From NCBI GenBank assembly GCA_963815095.1, contig CAWFFH010000003.1, positions 896,001 through 960,000 of the forward strand: DNA of 64,000 bases, written 5' to 3'. Made by a program: the position numbers and the translations under genes. The DNA comes from Candidatus Bathyarchaeota archaeon. GTDB taxonomy: Archaea; Thermoproteota; Bathyarchaeia; Bathyarchaeales; Bathycorpusculaceae. Within the stretch, counting starts at the first letter, position 1, and every line of letters starts with the position of its first letter. Below are positions 9,236 to 18,167 of the stretch, piece by piece. The notes below the pieces were generated by a model. The model was given only the letters and a program-made list of their open reading frames with translations, ran no database searches and was not told where the DNA came from.

Positions 9236-11065
9236 TTATTTTACAGTTACTGACTTTGCCAAGTTCCTTGGCATATCAGGGTTAACGCCTTTCTCTAAAG
9301 ACACATAGTAAGCCAGTAACTGCAGCGGAACCGCAAATGGAATCGGCGATAGTACGCTCGGGATACCTTTTGGAACCTCGATGTATTCTTCTGATAAGGA
9401 TTTGATTTCTTCATCGCCTTCCTCTATAACGGAGATTATGTGGGCACCGCGGGCTTTCATTTCCATGATGTTGCCGATGACTGTTTTGTGGGTGTCGTCT
9501 CTGGGGCATATGAATACTACTGGGAAACCCTTTTCGATTAGGCTGATTGGACCATGTTTGCTTTCTCCTGCGGGGAAGGCTATAGATGGGATGTAGGCGA
9601 TTTCCATGAGTTTTAGTCTGCCTTCAAACGCAGTGGCGGTGCTGATGCCTCTGCCTAAGAAGAAAAAGACTTTAGAAGCCGCATATTTTTTGGCGATTTG
9701 CTTAATTTTTTCTTCCTGTGTCCGAACAATGGTTTCGACGTCTTCAGGCATCTTTTTTAGGTTCACTTCTAGGCAATCCATTTCGTCTTGAGATATTTTG
9801 CCTCTCTTCTTGGACAATTTTAAGGCGAGTTGGGCTAAGACAGAAAGTTGAGAGGTGAAGGTTTTGGTTGCGGCAACGCCGATTTCTGGACCTGCCTGCG
9901 TGCCAATGTATACTCGGGAAATCCGTGTCAAAGTGGAGCCGATAACATTGGTTAAGCTTAACACAGTTGCTGCACGTTGCTGTGCACAACTTACCGCTGC
10001 TATGGTGTCTGCGGTTTCGCCTGATTGGCTCACAGCCAATATGGTGCTGTCGATGTTAACGGATTTGCCATATTGCTCCAAAAACTCAGATGCGTAAACT
10101 GGGTAAGCGGGCAAGAAGGCCAGTTTAGAAAACATGTAGGAAGCTGCTAAACATGCGTGGTAGCTTGTTCCGCAGGCAACCAAAAAAACTTCGTTAGCGC
10201 GGTCAAGGAAAGTAGAGAGCAGATCCAAATAGTGGTCTTGGATGCGCAAGGTGTTGTACAGAGTTTCGGGTTGCTCATGGATTTCTTTGATCATAAAGTG
10301 TGGATAACCCTGTTTTACCGCCATCTCTGCGGTCCACTCTACAGTTATGGGGTCGCGTATAACTGGACTGTTATCGGAGATTTTATGGATTTCGTAGCCA
10401 CCTGCTGTGAGAATGACGAGTTCTCCGTTGTTTATCATGACGGCTTTGTTGGTAACTTCCAAAAACGCAGGAATGTCGCTTGCGCAGAAGATGCCTTTGC
10501 CGTTGATTCCTAAAACGAGGGGACTTTCGTTTCGGGCGCAGATTATCTTGTCTGGTTCGCGTGTGGATATTATGACGAATGCGTATGAGCCTTCTATTCG
10601 TTTGAGGCTGGCTAAAACGGCTTGTTGGAGGGTTAGGTTGGGGTTTTGTTTTAGGTTTTCCTCAATTAGGTGAGGCATGACTTCGGTATCTGTTTTTGAT
10701 ACAAATGTGTGGCCTAGGTCTTCAAGTTCCTCTTTTAGTTCCATGAAGTTTTCGATAATACCGTTGTGGACGACGACGATTTGGCCTTTGCAGTCCGTGT
10801 GGGGGTGAGAGTTAACCTTCAGGGGTGCTCCATGTGTTGCCCAGCGAGTGTGTCCGATGCCTATACTGCCGGACATGTCGTCAAGGTTGACGATTTTGTC
10901 TACTTCATCGATTTTGCCTGCGTCTTTTTTTATAAAGATTTTTCCGTCTGATATTGTTGCTATGCCGACTGAGTCGTAACCTCGGTATTCGAGATGTTTT
11001 AGGGAGGAATGGATAAGCGGTGCAGCTTTTCCTTCCTTTAAAATACAGCCAAATATTCCACACAT
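9236..11065 (-). CDS. glmS: Glutamine-fructose-6-phosphate transaminase
   Basis: MCGIFG, EYRGYDS, GHTRWATHG, SQSGETADT, PRNLAKSVTVK. Confidence 0.98.
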   Translation of the reverse strand: MCGIFGCILKEGKAAPLIHSSLKHLEYRGYDSVGIATISDGKIFIKKDAGKIDEVDKIVNLDDMSGSIGIGHTRWATHGAPLKVNSHPHTDCKGQIVVVHNGIIENFMELKEELEDLGHTFVSKTDTEVMPHLIEENLKQNPNLTLQQAVLASLKRIEGSYAFVIISTREPDKIICARNESPLVLGINGKGIFCASDIPAFLEVTNKAVMINNGELVILTAGGYEIHKISDNSPVIRDPITVEWTAEMAVKQGYPHFMIKEIHEQPETLYNTLRIQDHYLDLLSTFLDRANEVFLVACGTSYHACLAASYMFSKLAFLPAYPVYASEFLEQYGKSVNIDSTILAVSQSGETADTIAAVSCAQQRAATVLSLTNVIGSTLTRISRVYIGTQAGPEIGVAATKTFTSQLSVLAQLALKLSKKRGKISQDEMDCLEVNLKKMPEDVETIVRTQEEKIKQIAKKYAASKVFFFLGRGISTATAFEGRLKLMEIAYIPSIAFPAGESKHGPISLIEKGFPVVFICPRDDTHKTVIGNIMEMKARGAHIISVIEEGDEEIKSLSEEYIEVPKGIPSVLSPIPFAVPLQLLAYYVSLEKGVNPDMPRNLAKSVTVK

Positions 11066-11150
11066 TTTTTTAGTGCCTTCGAGTGATAATTATGTTGATG
11101 TCTTATGAAGTTTGAGTTTTATTAATAAGGATTTTTAATATACTAGTTTG

Positions 11151-11176
11151 ACTGCTAAAAAGTTTTTTTTAATGGT
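11151..11176. promoter_or_regulatory. Candidate operator palindrome 1 (ACTGCTAAAAA-N4-TTTTTAATGGT), upstream of the glmS promoter
   Basis: Imperfect inverted repeat with the same arm and spacer geometry as 11236-11261. Confidence 0.45.
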
Positions 11177-11235
11177 TATCGTCAAATTTGCATATAAACA
11201 GAAGTTTACAAACTGTATTTTGACTGATTTCTTGA

Positions 11236-11261
11236 ACCACTACAAATAAATTTTTTATAGT
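11236..11261. promoter_or_regulatory. Candidate operator palindrome 2 (ACCACTACAAA-N4-TTTTTTATAGT), overlapping the regulator's TATA box
   Basis: Imperfect inverted repeat; contains TTTTTATA about 30 nt before ATG 11288. Confidence 0.45.
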
Positions 11262-11287
11262 GCCATTGCTTAATCCTATCGAACAAT

Positions 11288-12250
11288 ATGCAAAGAAAGC
11301 TTCTCCTTCAAGACCACAACAACACTCAAGAAGTAAAAGAAATAACCGTCTTAACTGACTCCCAAAAATTAAAAATGATACTCGGTGATCTCAGCTGGAA
11401 AATCCTCACAATGCTCTCAAAAAAAGAAATGTACCCAATAGAAATCGCCAAACAACTTGGCATGCATGAACAAAAAATTTATTATCATATAAGAATACTC
11501 GCCAAAGCAGGCGCCATCGTGGTCACGCGTGAAGAAAAAAGGAAGGGTGCAACAGCAAAATATTACAAAACTGTTTCGCCCGCCTTTGGAATCGAATTCC
11601 CAGAAGGTTACACGCCAATCCAAAACTTATGCGCTCAAAGCCTCGATGAGCCGCTGCAGAAATTCTTCAAAGAATTCATCGACAATGGTGTTTTTGATGG
11701 AAAAATAGTGGTAGGCAGCCCTCAGCCGCATGGACCGTTCAAAACCAGCGCCAGGGACGGTCACTACGCAGCGCATTTGTCTCTTTTCTTGGGACAATTC
11801 GCAAAGATGCCCACCGAGTTTGCAGTGAAGTTGGACGTTGATGTGAAGGTTGAGAAGGAAGAAAAAACTAACCTCATTCTCGTCGGCGGCCCTGGAACAA
11901 ACCTGTTGACACAGGAAATTAACGATTATTTACCCATCAAATTTATAATGCAATCCTCCGGGCAAGGGTTTTTGCTGGGAGGTTTATCCTCGAAGAAAAC
12001 TGGGCAAGTTTACACTTCAGACCTCTCAGGGGTTGTGGCCAAAATCGTAAACCCATGGGATAACACTAAACGAATAGTAGTTTTGGCTGGAAACAAAGCA
12101 GTAGGAACCAAAGCGTGCGTGTTGGCGTTGACGAATTTTTGGAAGAAAACCTTAGAAAAATATCATGGCGAAGACACTTTCGCCTCAGCTATTCATGGTT
12201 TCGATTTGGATGGGGACGGAAAAGTGGATTCAATAGAGGTTACTGAGTAA
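11288..12250 (+). CDS. ArsR-like wHTH regulator fused to an S-layer C-terminal-like domain
   Basis: N-terminal YPIEIAKQLGMHEQKIYYHIRIL HTH; C-terminal NLILVGGPGTNLLT, VVLAG, DLDGDG. Confidence 0.75.
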   Translation: MQRKLLLQDHNNTQEVKEITVLTDSQKLKMILGDLSWKILTMLSKKEMYPIEIAKQLGMHEQKIYYHIRILAKAGAIVVTREEKRKGATAKYYKTVSPAFGIEFPEGYTPIQNLCAQSLDEPLQKFFKEFIDNGVFDGKIVVGSPQPHGPFKTSARDGHYAAHLSLFLGQFAKMPTEFAVKLDVDVKVEKEEKTNLILVGGPGTNLLTQEINDYLPIKFIMQSSGQGFLLGGLSSKKTGQVYTSDLSGVVAKIVNPWDNTKRIVVLAGNKAVGTKACVLALTNFWKKTLEKYHGEDTFASAIHGFDLDGDGKVDSIEVTE

Positions 12251-12685
12251 TTGAGCCCCAAACAAAAAACAGAAGTATTCTGGGCGCTAGGACACTCCAA
12301 CATTCAAGCAAATCACCCTACTACATTGATGTTTACTAAGGATATTCATGTATCAAAGAACGGCGATTGCATAGTTGCCATGACCGCTGACAAATCGGTT
12401 ACCGATCTAAGCGCCCAATTCAAGGAGGAACTTAGAAAGCCAAATGCTAAAGTGATCGTAACTATAGAAGCGGGCGATTTCAGAGAAGAAATCAAAGCGA
12501 TAGGTTCTCCTAAGCTTTGTTTATGCCACCCAACTGATATCGTAATAAGGAAAAGTGATTATGTCTGCAATAGAACGTTGGCGATTTGTGCTGATAAATC
12601 CTCAATTGATTTGTCAAGAGCGCTTGTAGAGAAACTTCAGGATCCTAACCAAAAAATCAAAATAACTTTAAGTGTTGAAAGCTAA
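12251..12685 (+). CDS. DUF371 family protein
   Basis: GHSNIQANHPTTLMFTKD, GDCI, DIVIRKSDY, RTLAI.ADK. Confidence 0.85.
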   Translation: MSPKQKTEVFWALGHSNIQANHPTTLMFTKDIHVSKNGDCIVAMTADKSVTDLSAQFKEELRKPNAKVIVTIEAGDFREEIKAIGSPKLCLCHPTDIVIRKSDYVCNRTLAICADKSSIDLSRALVEKLQDPNQKIKITLSVES

Positions 12686-13752
12686 ACGATTTTGACATCT
12701 AACACAACTTGAGACTCAAACGGCGCAGTCTCCCGAATACTTTTTGCAAATAGAAATTCCTCAACTTTCCTTCCATTCTTTTCTACCTGGCTAATGAAAT
12801 GTTGTTTTAGGTCCCCTATTGTTTCAGGTGAACGCACAAAACTGTAGAAATGCGCTAATCCACCCTGGGGCTTAATTGTGTTGCAGGCAGCGTCGACGAA
12901 ATCGATAGCGGTTTCGGGCAAATTCATGATGACTCGGTCAGCGATGCCTTTTAGTTTAGTCGCGGCGATTTCTCTCGCATCCGCGAGTATCGGTAACACC
13001 TGATCTTCAACCATGTTAACCCTTACGTTCACTTTAAGCAGATCAACCGCGTCGGGGTTAAGATCAACAGCGTAAACTTTAACGGTCGGATTTCTCTTTC
13101 CAATCAATACTGAAAAGGGTCCAACTCCCGCGAACAGATCCACCACAGTTTCTCCATCTCGTACCTGCACGGCCACTCGTTCATGTTCATGGGATAACCG
13201 GGGAGAAAAGTAAGCTTTTGCTATGTCTACATGATATTGGCATCTGAATTCGCGGTGGATGGTTTGGGTTTTGTGTTCACCAGCGATGTAGTCGTAATCG
13301 CGGACGCGGAAGACGCCGCTTATATCACTTGCTTTTGCAAGAACGGTTATTACGTTTTTTTGTGTTTGTAGAATTGCTTCGCCAATTTGGTTCTGGTATG
13401 ATTTGAGTTGAGGTGGAATGTCTATAATAACTATGTCGCCGATGATGTCGAAGGATTGGGGCACCTTTGCAAGCAAATCAGGGGGCAATTTGTCTTGAAG
13501 CGCTTGGGTTAGAGTTTCTGGGGGAAGTTGTTTTTCGCTGAAAACAGCGGTTAAAATGGTGAATTTGGAGATTTGGTTTTGCAGGGTCGTTAACTCAATA
13601 CCTTGAGGTTCTCTAATCAGGGGAATAATGAGGCTGTCTTGATCTCTTTGGATAACCAGCGCTTTGTCGGCGAGCCCAAATTTGGTGGCTAACGTTAATG
13701 TTTTTTCGCCTTGACTTTTCGGCACTTTAATGCAAACTGATGGTCTTGGCAT
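12682..13752 (-). CDS. trm5: Trm5/TYW2-family tRNA methyltransferase
   Basis: FDIIGDI, YFSPRLSHEH, DLFAGVGPF, DRVIMNLP. Confidence 0.88.
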   Translation of the reverse strand: MPRPSVCIKVPKSQGEKTLTLATKFGLADKALVIQRDQDSLIIPLIREPQGIELTTLQNQISKFTILTAVFSEKQLPPETLTQALQDKLPPDLLAKVPQSFDIIGDIVIIDIPPQLKSYQNQIGEAILQTQKNVITVLAKASDISGVFRVRDYDYIAGEHKTQTIHREFRCQYHVDIAKAYFSPRLSHEHERVAVQVRDGETVVDLFAGVGPFSVLIGKRNPTVKVYAVDLNPDAVDLLKVNVRVNMVEDQVLPILADAREIAATKLKGIADRVIMNLPETAIDFVDAACNTIKPQGGLAHFYSFVRSPETIGDLKQHFISQVEKNGRKVEEFLFAKSIRETAPFESQVVLDVKIV

Positions 13753-13757
13753 GTTGT

Positions 13758-14792
13758 TCAGCTTTTTTCTATTCGGTAGAGGTTATTTGTTTTTTGGATG
13801 TTGAATTGGACGTTTAACATTTTTCCCATAAGCCAAACGTTAGACTCGATATGATCGGAGAATGTTCTTGATAGAAAAACTGATTTGCCTTGCCCCAATG
13901 CTATATAAGGAACAAGCATATCTGCAAGAAAAATATCCACAGAAGGCTTAACGGACAGTTCAGTCACAAGCCTCTGTGAAGCTTCTTTTCCAACAACTTC
14001 GCTCATTTTTCTTAGTTCTCCTATGGCATCAGCCCCGATAATAACACCTGTATCAGTTTCAGCCCACAAAACGATAGAACTCCCTTTCTGAAAAGAATTT
14101 GACTTGTCATTTACGACTTGAATATCAGCTTTGAAACCATTCTGTGAAAGGTACTTTTGCGCTGCTTTTGCTTGTCTTTCAGCCACCTGTTTATCTGAAA
14201 GAAATGTACAAAGAGAAACACCTTTTACACTTTTTAACATGCCAAAACTTTCCAACGTGATCGGTTTTAAGTAATGGTTTGGCTTAACTATCAAAGTTGC
14301 TTCGCCCATGCCTTTCGGGTAGTAGCCATATTTTTGGACAATTATTTCAGCGTCAATACCCATCTGCTTTAGCGTTGGAAGGAATACGTACTTGAGGTAA
14401 TTGATGGTTGGGGCGTGAGTTGTGTCTGTTCCGCCCTTTGCGACATGTAAACGCACTGGATTCTTGGCGAACAAACAAATAGGCAATGTAGCCAGCAAAA
14501 GCATTGGAATGCTTCCTGCGGTTTCGATTGTTGCTTCAATATTGCCGCCTTTAATTTCTTCGGGTGAAAACCATAGTTCCCTTGAGCCTAATTTTGCTCC
14601 TTGGATTTTGGCGTTGCAAAGCTTACCTGCAGTCAAAACAGCCTCAAGATGCTGAGGTTTCAGTCCTGGCTGCGGACGGTTTTGTCTTATGTTAGTTATA
14701 TGCAGAGGTTGATTGGTGATGGCGGCCAAAGCTATGGATAAACGAAGTATTGTTCCGCTTCCACTTTTTTGGCTTCCATCAATTTCTATCAT
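13758..14792 (-). CDS. rtcA: RNA 3'-terminal phosphate cyclase
   Basis: IEIDGS..SGSGTILR, RPQPGLKPQH, GGTD, GYYPKG.G, DHIESN (catalytic His). Confidence 0.93.
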   Translation of the reverse strand: MIEIDGSQKSGSGTILRLSIALAAITNQPLHITNIRQNRPQPGLKPQHLEAVLTAGKLCNAKIQGAKLGSRELWFSPEEIKGGNIEATIETAGSIPMLLLATLPICLFAKNPVRLHVAKGGTDTTHAPTINYLKYVFLPTLKQMGIDAEIIVQKYGYYPKGMGEATLIVKPNHYLKPITLESFGMLKSVKGVSLCTFLSDKQVAERQAKAAQKYLSQNGFKADIQVVNDKSNSFQKGSSIVLWAETDTGVIIGADAIGELRKMSEVVGKEASQRLVTELSVKPSVDIFLADMLVPYIALGQGKSVFLSRTFSDHIESNVWLMGKMLNVQFNIQKTNNLYRIEKS

Positions 14793-14869
14793 GAAAATTT
14801 TTCACTATCTCAATTTGCAAACAATTAATAAGCGTCTGGGATTATTTAGGAGTTTAAGAGGAACCACTT

Positions 14870-15313
14870 GTGAGCGTTGACAAGGAAAAACTCAATCAGC
14901 TTCTGCAAAGAGTTGAAGAAATTACCGTTACTTTAAACAAGGTTTCAGAGGAGTTGCGGTCGGTTTCTGCGTCATTAAAGTCACTTGCTGTAGGACAAAT
15001 TACTCAGCCCAAAACTACTTCTACACCAGCTTCTACTTCGATTCCAAAGACCACATCAGCCCCTTTAACCACGTCTCCCATGATTGAACCCTCAAAACAA
15101 AGATCTCTCGATGATATCCGCATGTCCTTCCCAGAGGAACTCGAAGCTCGATTAAGTTTCGACGAAAAAGGCGACTACATCATCATAAAGCCCAAACAGT
15201 TCTTGGGATCTGAGAACTTCGCTAAAATCGCTTCTGCCGTACGAGGCATGGGCGGTGAATACATCAGCGCTGGAAAAGACTCGCATTTTAGGGTCCCAAA
15301 GAAAAAAGCTTAA
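14870..15313 (+). CDS. Hypothetical protein: N-terminal coiled coil, Thr/Pro linker, compact C-terminal domain
   Basis: Heptad-like N-terminus; C-terminal FPEELEARLSF...FLGSENFAKIA...GGEYISAGKDSHFRVPK; GAGG SD. Confidence 0.75.
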   Translation: MSVDKEKLNQLLQRVEEITVTLNKVSEELRSVSASLKSLAVGQITQPKTTSTPASTSIPKTTSAPLTTSPMIEPSKQRSLDDIRMSFPEELEARLSFDEKGDYIIIKPKQFLGSENFAKIASAVRGMGGEYISAGKDSHFRVPKKKA

Positions 15314-15318
15314 CCAAA

Positions 15319-15591
15319 TTAAAGCACTTTAAAACTAGAAAATTCGCCCTTAAAACGTCCATAAGTAACATCCAGATTAGTCACTCTTGCAGCGGAGGGA
15401 CCCTGACGACAATAATTAACGAGCATTTTAACCTCATGTTCTTCGCCTTCAAAAACCGCTTCCACACGCCCATCGATCAGATTTCGCACCCAACCAGTGA
15501 CCTCTAAGCTTTGCGCCTCAACTAGAATGCTCTGTCTAAAGAAGACTCCCTGAACTTTTCCAGAAATCAATATGCGTGCTCTAACTTTCAT
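15319..15591 (-). CDS. acyP: Acylphosphatase
   Basis: GKVQGVFFR, GWVRNL.DGRVEA, GPSAARV. Confidence 0.95.
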   Translation of the reverse strand: MKVRARILISGKVQGVFFRQSILVEAQSLEVTGWVRNLIDGRVEAVFEGEEHEVKMLVNYCRQGPSAARVTNLDVTYGRFKGEFSSFKVL

Positions 15592-15662
15592 GCTCGTTCT
15601 TCGAAGTAAAAGGAAGGCTGATGCTTAAAAATATAATTTTAACAAAAAGGAAAAATGGCTGT

Positions 15663-16121
15663 TTACCATGGATCGATTTTTTCGCCCACGGTGTACAAGA
15701 AGAGGCTTGCGGAAGGTGGACCTAACCACTTGAACGTATTTACTAAATCTTTGATTGCATTAGCGTAGTTGTTGGATTTGTCGAGGCTATCGAGATATTT
15801 TTGGAATGAACCGTAACGTTTTTCGATGGCTACGAAGTTTTGTGCGTCTTGAATGATGGCTTTGATTTTGCCTTTGTTCCTAACGATGCCTGGGTCATTC
15901 ATAAGGCGTTGAACGTCTGCGTCAGTAAATGTTGCCACCTTTTTGATGTTGAAATTTTCAAATGCCGTCTTTGTGGTTTGCCATTTGCCGTCTATAACTT
16001 TCCAGTTTAAGCCCGCTTGAAAAATCACTCGGCACATGTTCTCAAAGTAAACGTTATCGTTAGCTGGTTTTTCTTTTCGGCACCACCAGTCAGGCATCTT
16101 CCATGTTTCGTGTTCCTGCAT
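15663..16121 (-). CDS. DNA-3-methyladenine glycosylase I (Tag) family
   Basis: FQAGLNW, AFENF, LMNDPGIVRNKGKIKA, FKWLGP. Confidence 0.85.
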   Translation of the reverse strand: MQEHETWKMPDWWCRKEKPANDNVYFENMCRVIFQAGLNWKVIDGKWQTTKTAFENFNIKKVATFTDADVQRLMNDPGIVRNKGKIKAIIQDAQNFVAIEKRYGSFQKYLDSLDKSNNYANAIKDLVNTFKWLGPPSASLFLYTVGEKIDPW

Positions 16122-16130
16122 AAATTTAGC

Positions 16131-16556
16131 CTACTTCCATTCCCAGATTGTAATGTTTAATTCCATCCACATTGAGTCAGCCGCTTCAAAAGTAACTAGA
16201 ACGACAGTTTCGTTCAGCCAAGCCAGTTTATCGGACATCGTCATAAAACTCCATAAGCCCACGCTTGTGGGTTTTGCCCCTGGCACCATCTTCATTAGGT
16301 CAAAACCTTTTAAAATTGCCATATCCCCGGTCATAGTCATCAGCATTCCTTGATCCATTGATGATGCTATGCCTTTTGGGGGAGTCATGCTCTTGCCTGT
16401 TACGTTTAGGTTGCAGTCTACGCCGCTAGCTTTTCCCATGCCTTTCATCTGGGCGGTCCAAGTATATACTGATGTTACACCATCCATTCCGACGGATTTT
16501 ATGAAACTTGCACCACTTTTGCCTTTGCCTTCCCAAAGTTTTTCACCAATTGCCAT
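16131..16556 (-). CDS. Hypothetical beta-rich, Met/Gly-rich protein (an in-frame upstream GTG at 16658 is also possible)
   Basis: MAIGEKLWEGKGK...DKLAWLNETV...IWEWK; GAGG SD before ATG 16556. Confidence 0.75.
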   Translation of the reverse strand: MAIGEKLWEGKGKSGASFIKSVGMDGVTSVYTWTAQMKGMGKASGVDCNLNVTGKSMTPPKGIASSMDQGMLMTMTGDMAILKGFDLMKMVPGAKPTSVGLWSFMTMSDKLAWLNETVVLVTFEAADSMWMELNITIWEWK

Positions 16557-16738
16557 TCTATTTTCGCCTCTACAAAAGAAAGGAGCTTTTGTTGGGAATT
16601 TAAGCAGTTGTGGTTGGACTAGTACAGCAACAAGCAAGCAATTTAGGTTCACTTTCACCTAACCCTCCGCTCCTTGGAGAGGTCGGCGTTTGGGTTGATT
16701 TAAAAGAGTTTTTCATAGATTGGTGATTTGGTGCAAGT

Positions 16739-17077
16739 ATGTTTAAGGGTAACTTTGGGAAACTGATGGTTTACGCTTCGGTAGGCATTCCAAGCGGGAA
16801 ACGGTTAGAATCAGTTAGAGCTGCTGCAAAAGAAACTGCTAAAAGTTTGAATTTAGATTTTGAAATGGTACGATTAGATCGAGCATCGTCACCCATTTAC
16901 GTGTATTACGAGGAAAATAATGGGGATGACCCAATCCCTCTCTATTGTGATGAAGGTAAAATGTCAGGTTTGGACGAAATCAGCGGTAAACTCAGAAATA
17001 TGATGTTTGTGTTGTCTTTTCATCCAAACCATTCGGCGTTAAGAGAAATGAGGAAAGAGATTCTCAAACTTTCCTAA
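16739..17077 (+). CDS. Hypothetical protein
   Basis: 112-aa ORF with GGTG SD and protein-like composition; no recognisable motif. Confidence 0.7.
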   Translation: MFKGNFGKLMVYASVGIPSGKRLESVRAAAKETAKSLNLDFEMVRLDRASSPIYVYYEENNGDDPIPLYCDEGKMSGLDEISGKLRNMMFVLSFHPNHSALREMRKEILKLS

Positions 17078-17387
17078 AGCGGATCGCTTGGTTTTCAAGC
17101 ATAACCTCGTAAACTTGGTTAACATCGAAATTTATTCCTAAGTTGTCGTATTCTTGTTCGGTTAGAAACAAAATTATTTTCGGTGTTGCCATCTGTGTGC
17201 GTTGGGGCAAAAACGGCATTTGTGTTTGAAGTGCTTGCATGATGTCTTGAGCCATTTTAGCTTCGTCAGATTGGGGTCTCACTATGTAAGGGTTAACTTC
17301 TCGTTCTTCGAGGAGCTCAATTCTTTTTCCAAGGTTACCGTCTAAGTCGCGGGTAGATTCGATTTTGCTAACTCTAACACGAAACAA
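17064..17387 (-). CDS. Arcadin-1 family protein
   Basis: Pattern IEL.EERE...MAQ.IMQALQ..MPF...PKIILFLTEQEY..LG..FDV..VYEV.LEN.AI.F resembles Pyrobaculum arcadin-1 as I recall it. Confidence 0.7.
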   Translation of the reverse strand: MFRVRVSKIESTRDLDGNLGKRIELLEEREVNPYIVRPQSDEAKMAQDIMQALQTQMPFLPQRTQMATPKIILFLTEQEYDNLGINFDVNQVYEVMLENQAIRFRKV

Positions 17388-17479
17388 ATTATTTTCACTC
17401 TCTCAATAGGATTAGACAGTCACAGATTTAATTCTTTACACCAACTAAACTGGTTGTCGCGAAATAACGGTTTCTCAAT

Positions 17480-18076
17480 TCAGCTAGCTTGCGAGGTCGA
17501 AGATTCAGGTTTAGCTTCTTTTTTGATTTCTGTAATTCTTTGGTCTAGATGTTTAAGGCGTTCACGCATGGTTTTGACTGCTTCATAGATATGGTTTCGC
17601 TCGTGCTCTAACTGCTTGAGTGTACGGTTATCACCTGCTTTGTCTTCAAGAAAAGCTGAGAATGGCGAGGGTATATTTGGCATTGAAACATCGGTTGGTT
17701 CAACATTTAAGACGTCGCGGGAGAACTCGCGAAAGAGGGCACCTATGTTGTTGAATATTTCTGTTTGTTTTACAATGGCGTGTCTTAGGATTAGTTCTCC
17801 TGATTCGGTTATTTTGTATACCTTGAGTCTTCTGTTTTTCTGAGTTTCCCAATGGCCTTTGATGTAGTTTGATTTTTCTAGGTCGCGAAGGATTGGGTAT
17901 ACGCCACCTGCAGTTGGTTGCCAGAAGCCTTTGGTGCGACAGTTGATTTCTTTCATGATTTCGTAGCCGTGAGACGGTCTTTTGTTGAGTAGGATTAGGA
18001 CCCCCATTCGTATGTAGCCTTTTTGGGCTTCTTTCATCCAGTTTGCAGTTGTCTTGTCTTCTGAGTCTGTTATCAT
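17480..18076 (-). CDS. PadR family transcriptional regulator
   Basis: HGYEIMKEI, PTAGGVYPILRDLEK, YKITESG; C-terminal coiled coil. Confidence 0.92.
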   Translation of the reverse strand: MITDSEDKTTANWMKEAQKGYIRMGVLILLNKRPSHGYEIMKEINCRTKGFWQPTAGGVYPILRDLEKSNYIKGHWETQKNRRLKVYKITESGELILRHAIVKQTEIFNNIGALFREFSRDVLNVEPTDVSMPNIPSPFSAFLEDKAGDNRTLKQLEHERNHIYEAVKTMRERLKHLDQRITEIKKEAKPESSTSQAS

Positions 18077-18122
18077 TATGTTTCAAAACTATATTGTATT
18101 TGGGTAATACTTATATTTTACC

Positions 18123-18149
18123 GCAATATATTGCACTGAATACTATTCA
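18123..18149. promoter_or_regulatory. Adjacent palindromes GCAATATATTGC and TGAATA-C-TATTCA, candidate PadR operator
   Basis: Perfect short inverted repeats between the divergent padR and ABC genes. Confidence 0.4.
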
Positions 18150-18167
18150 ATCAACGTGGAATCCAAA

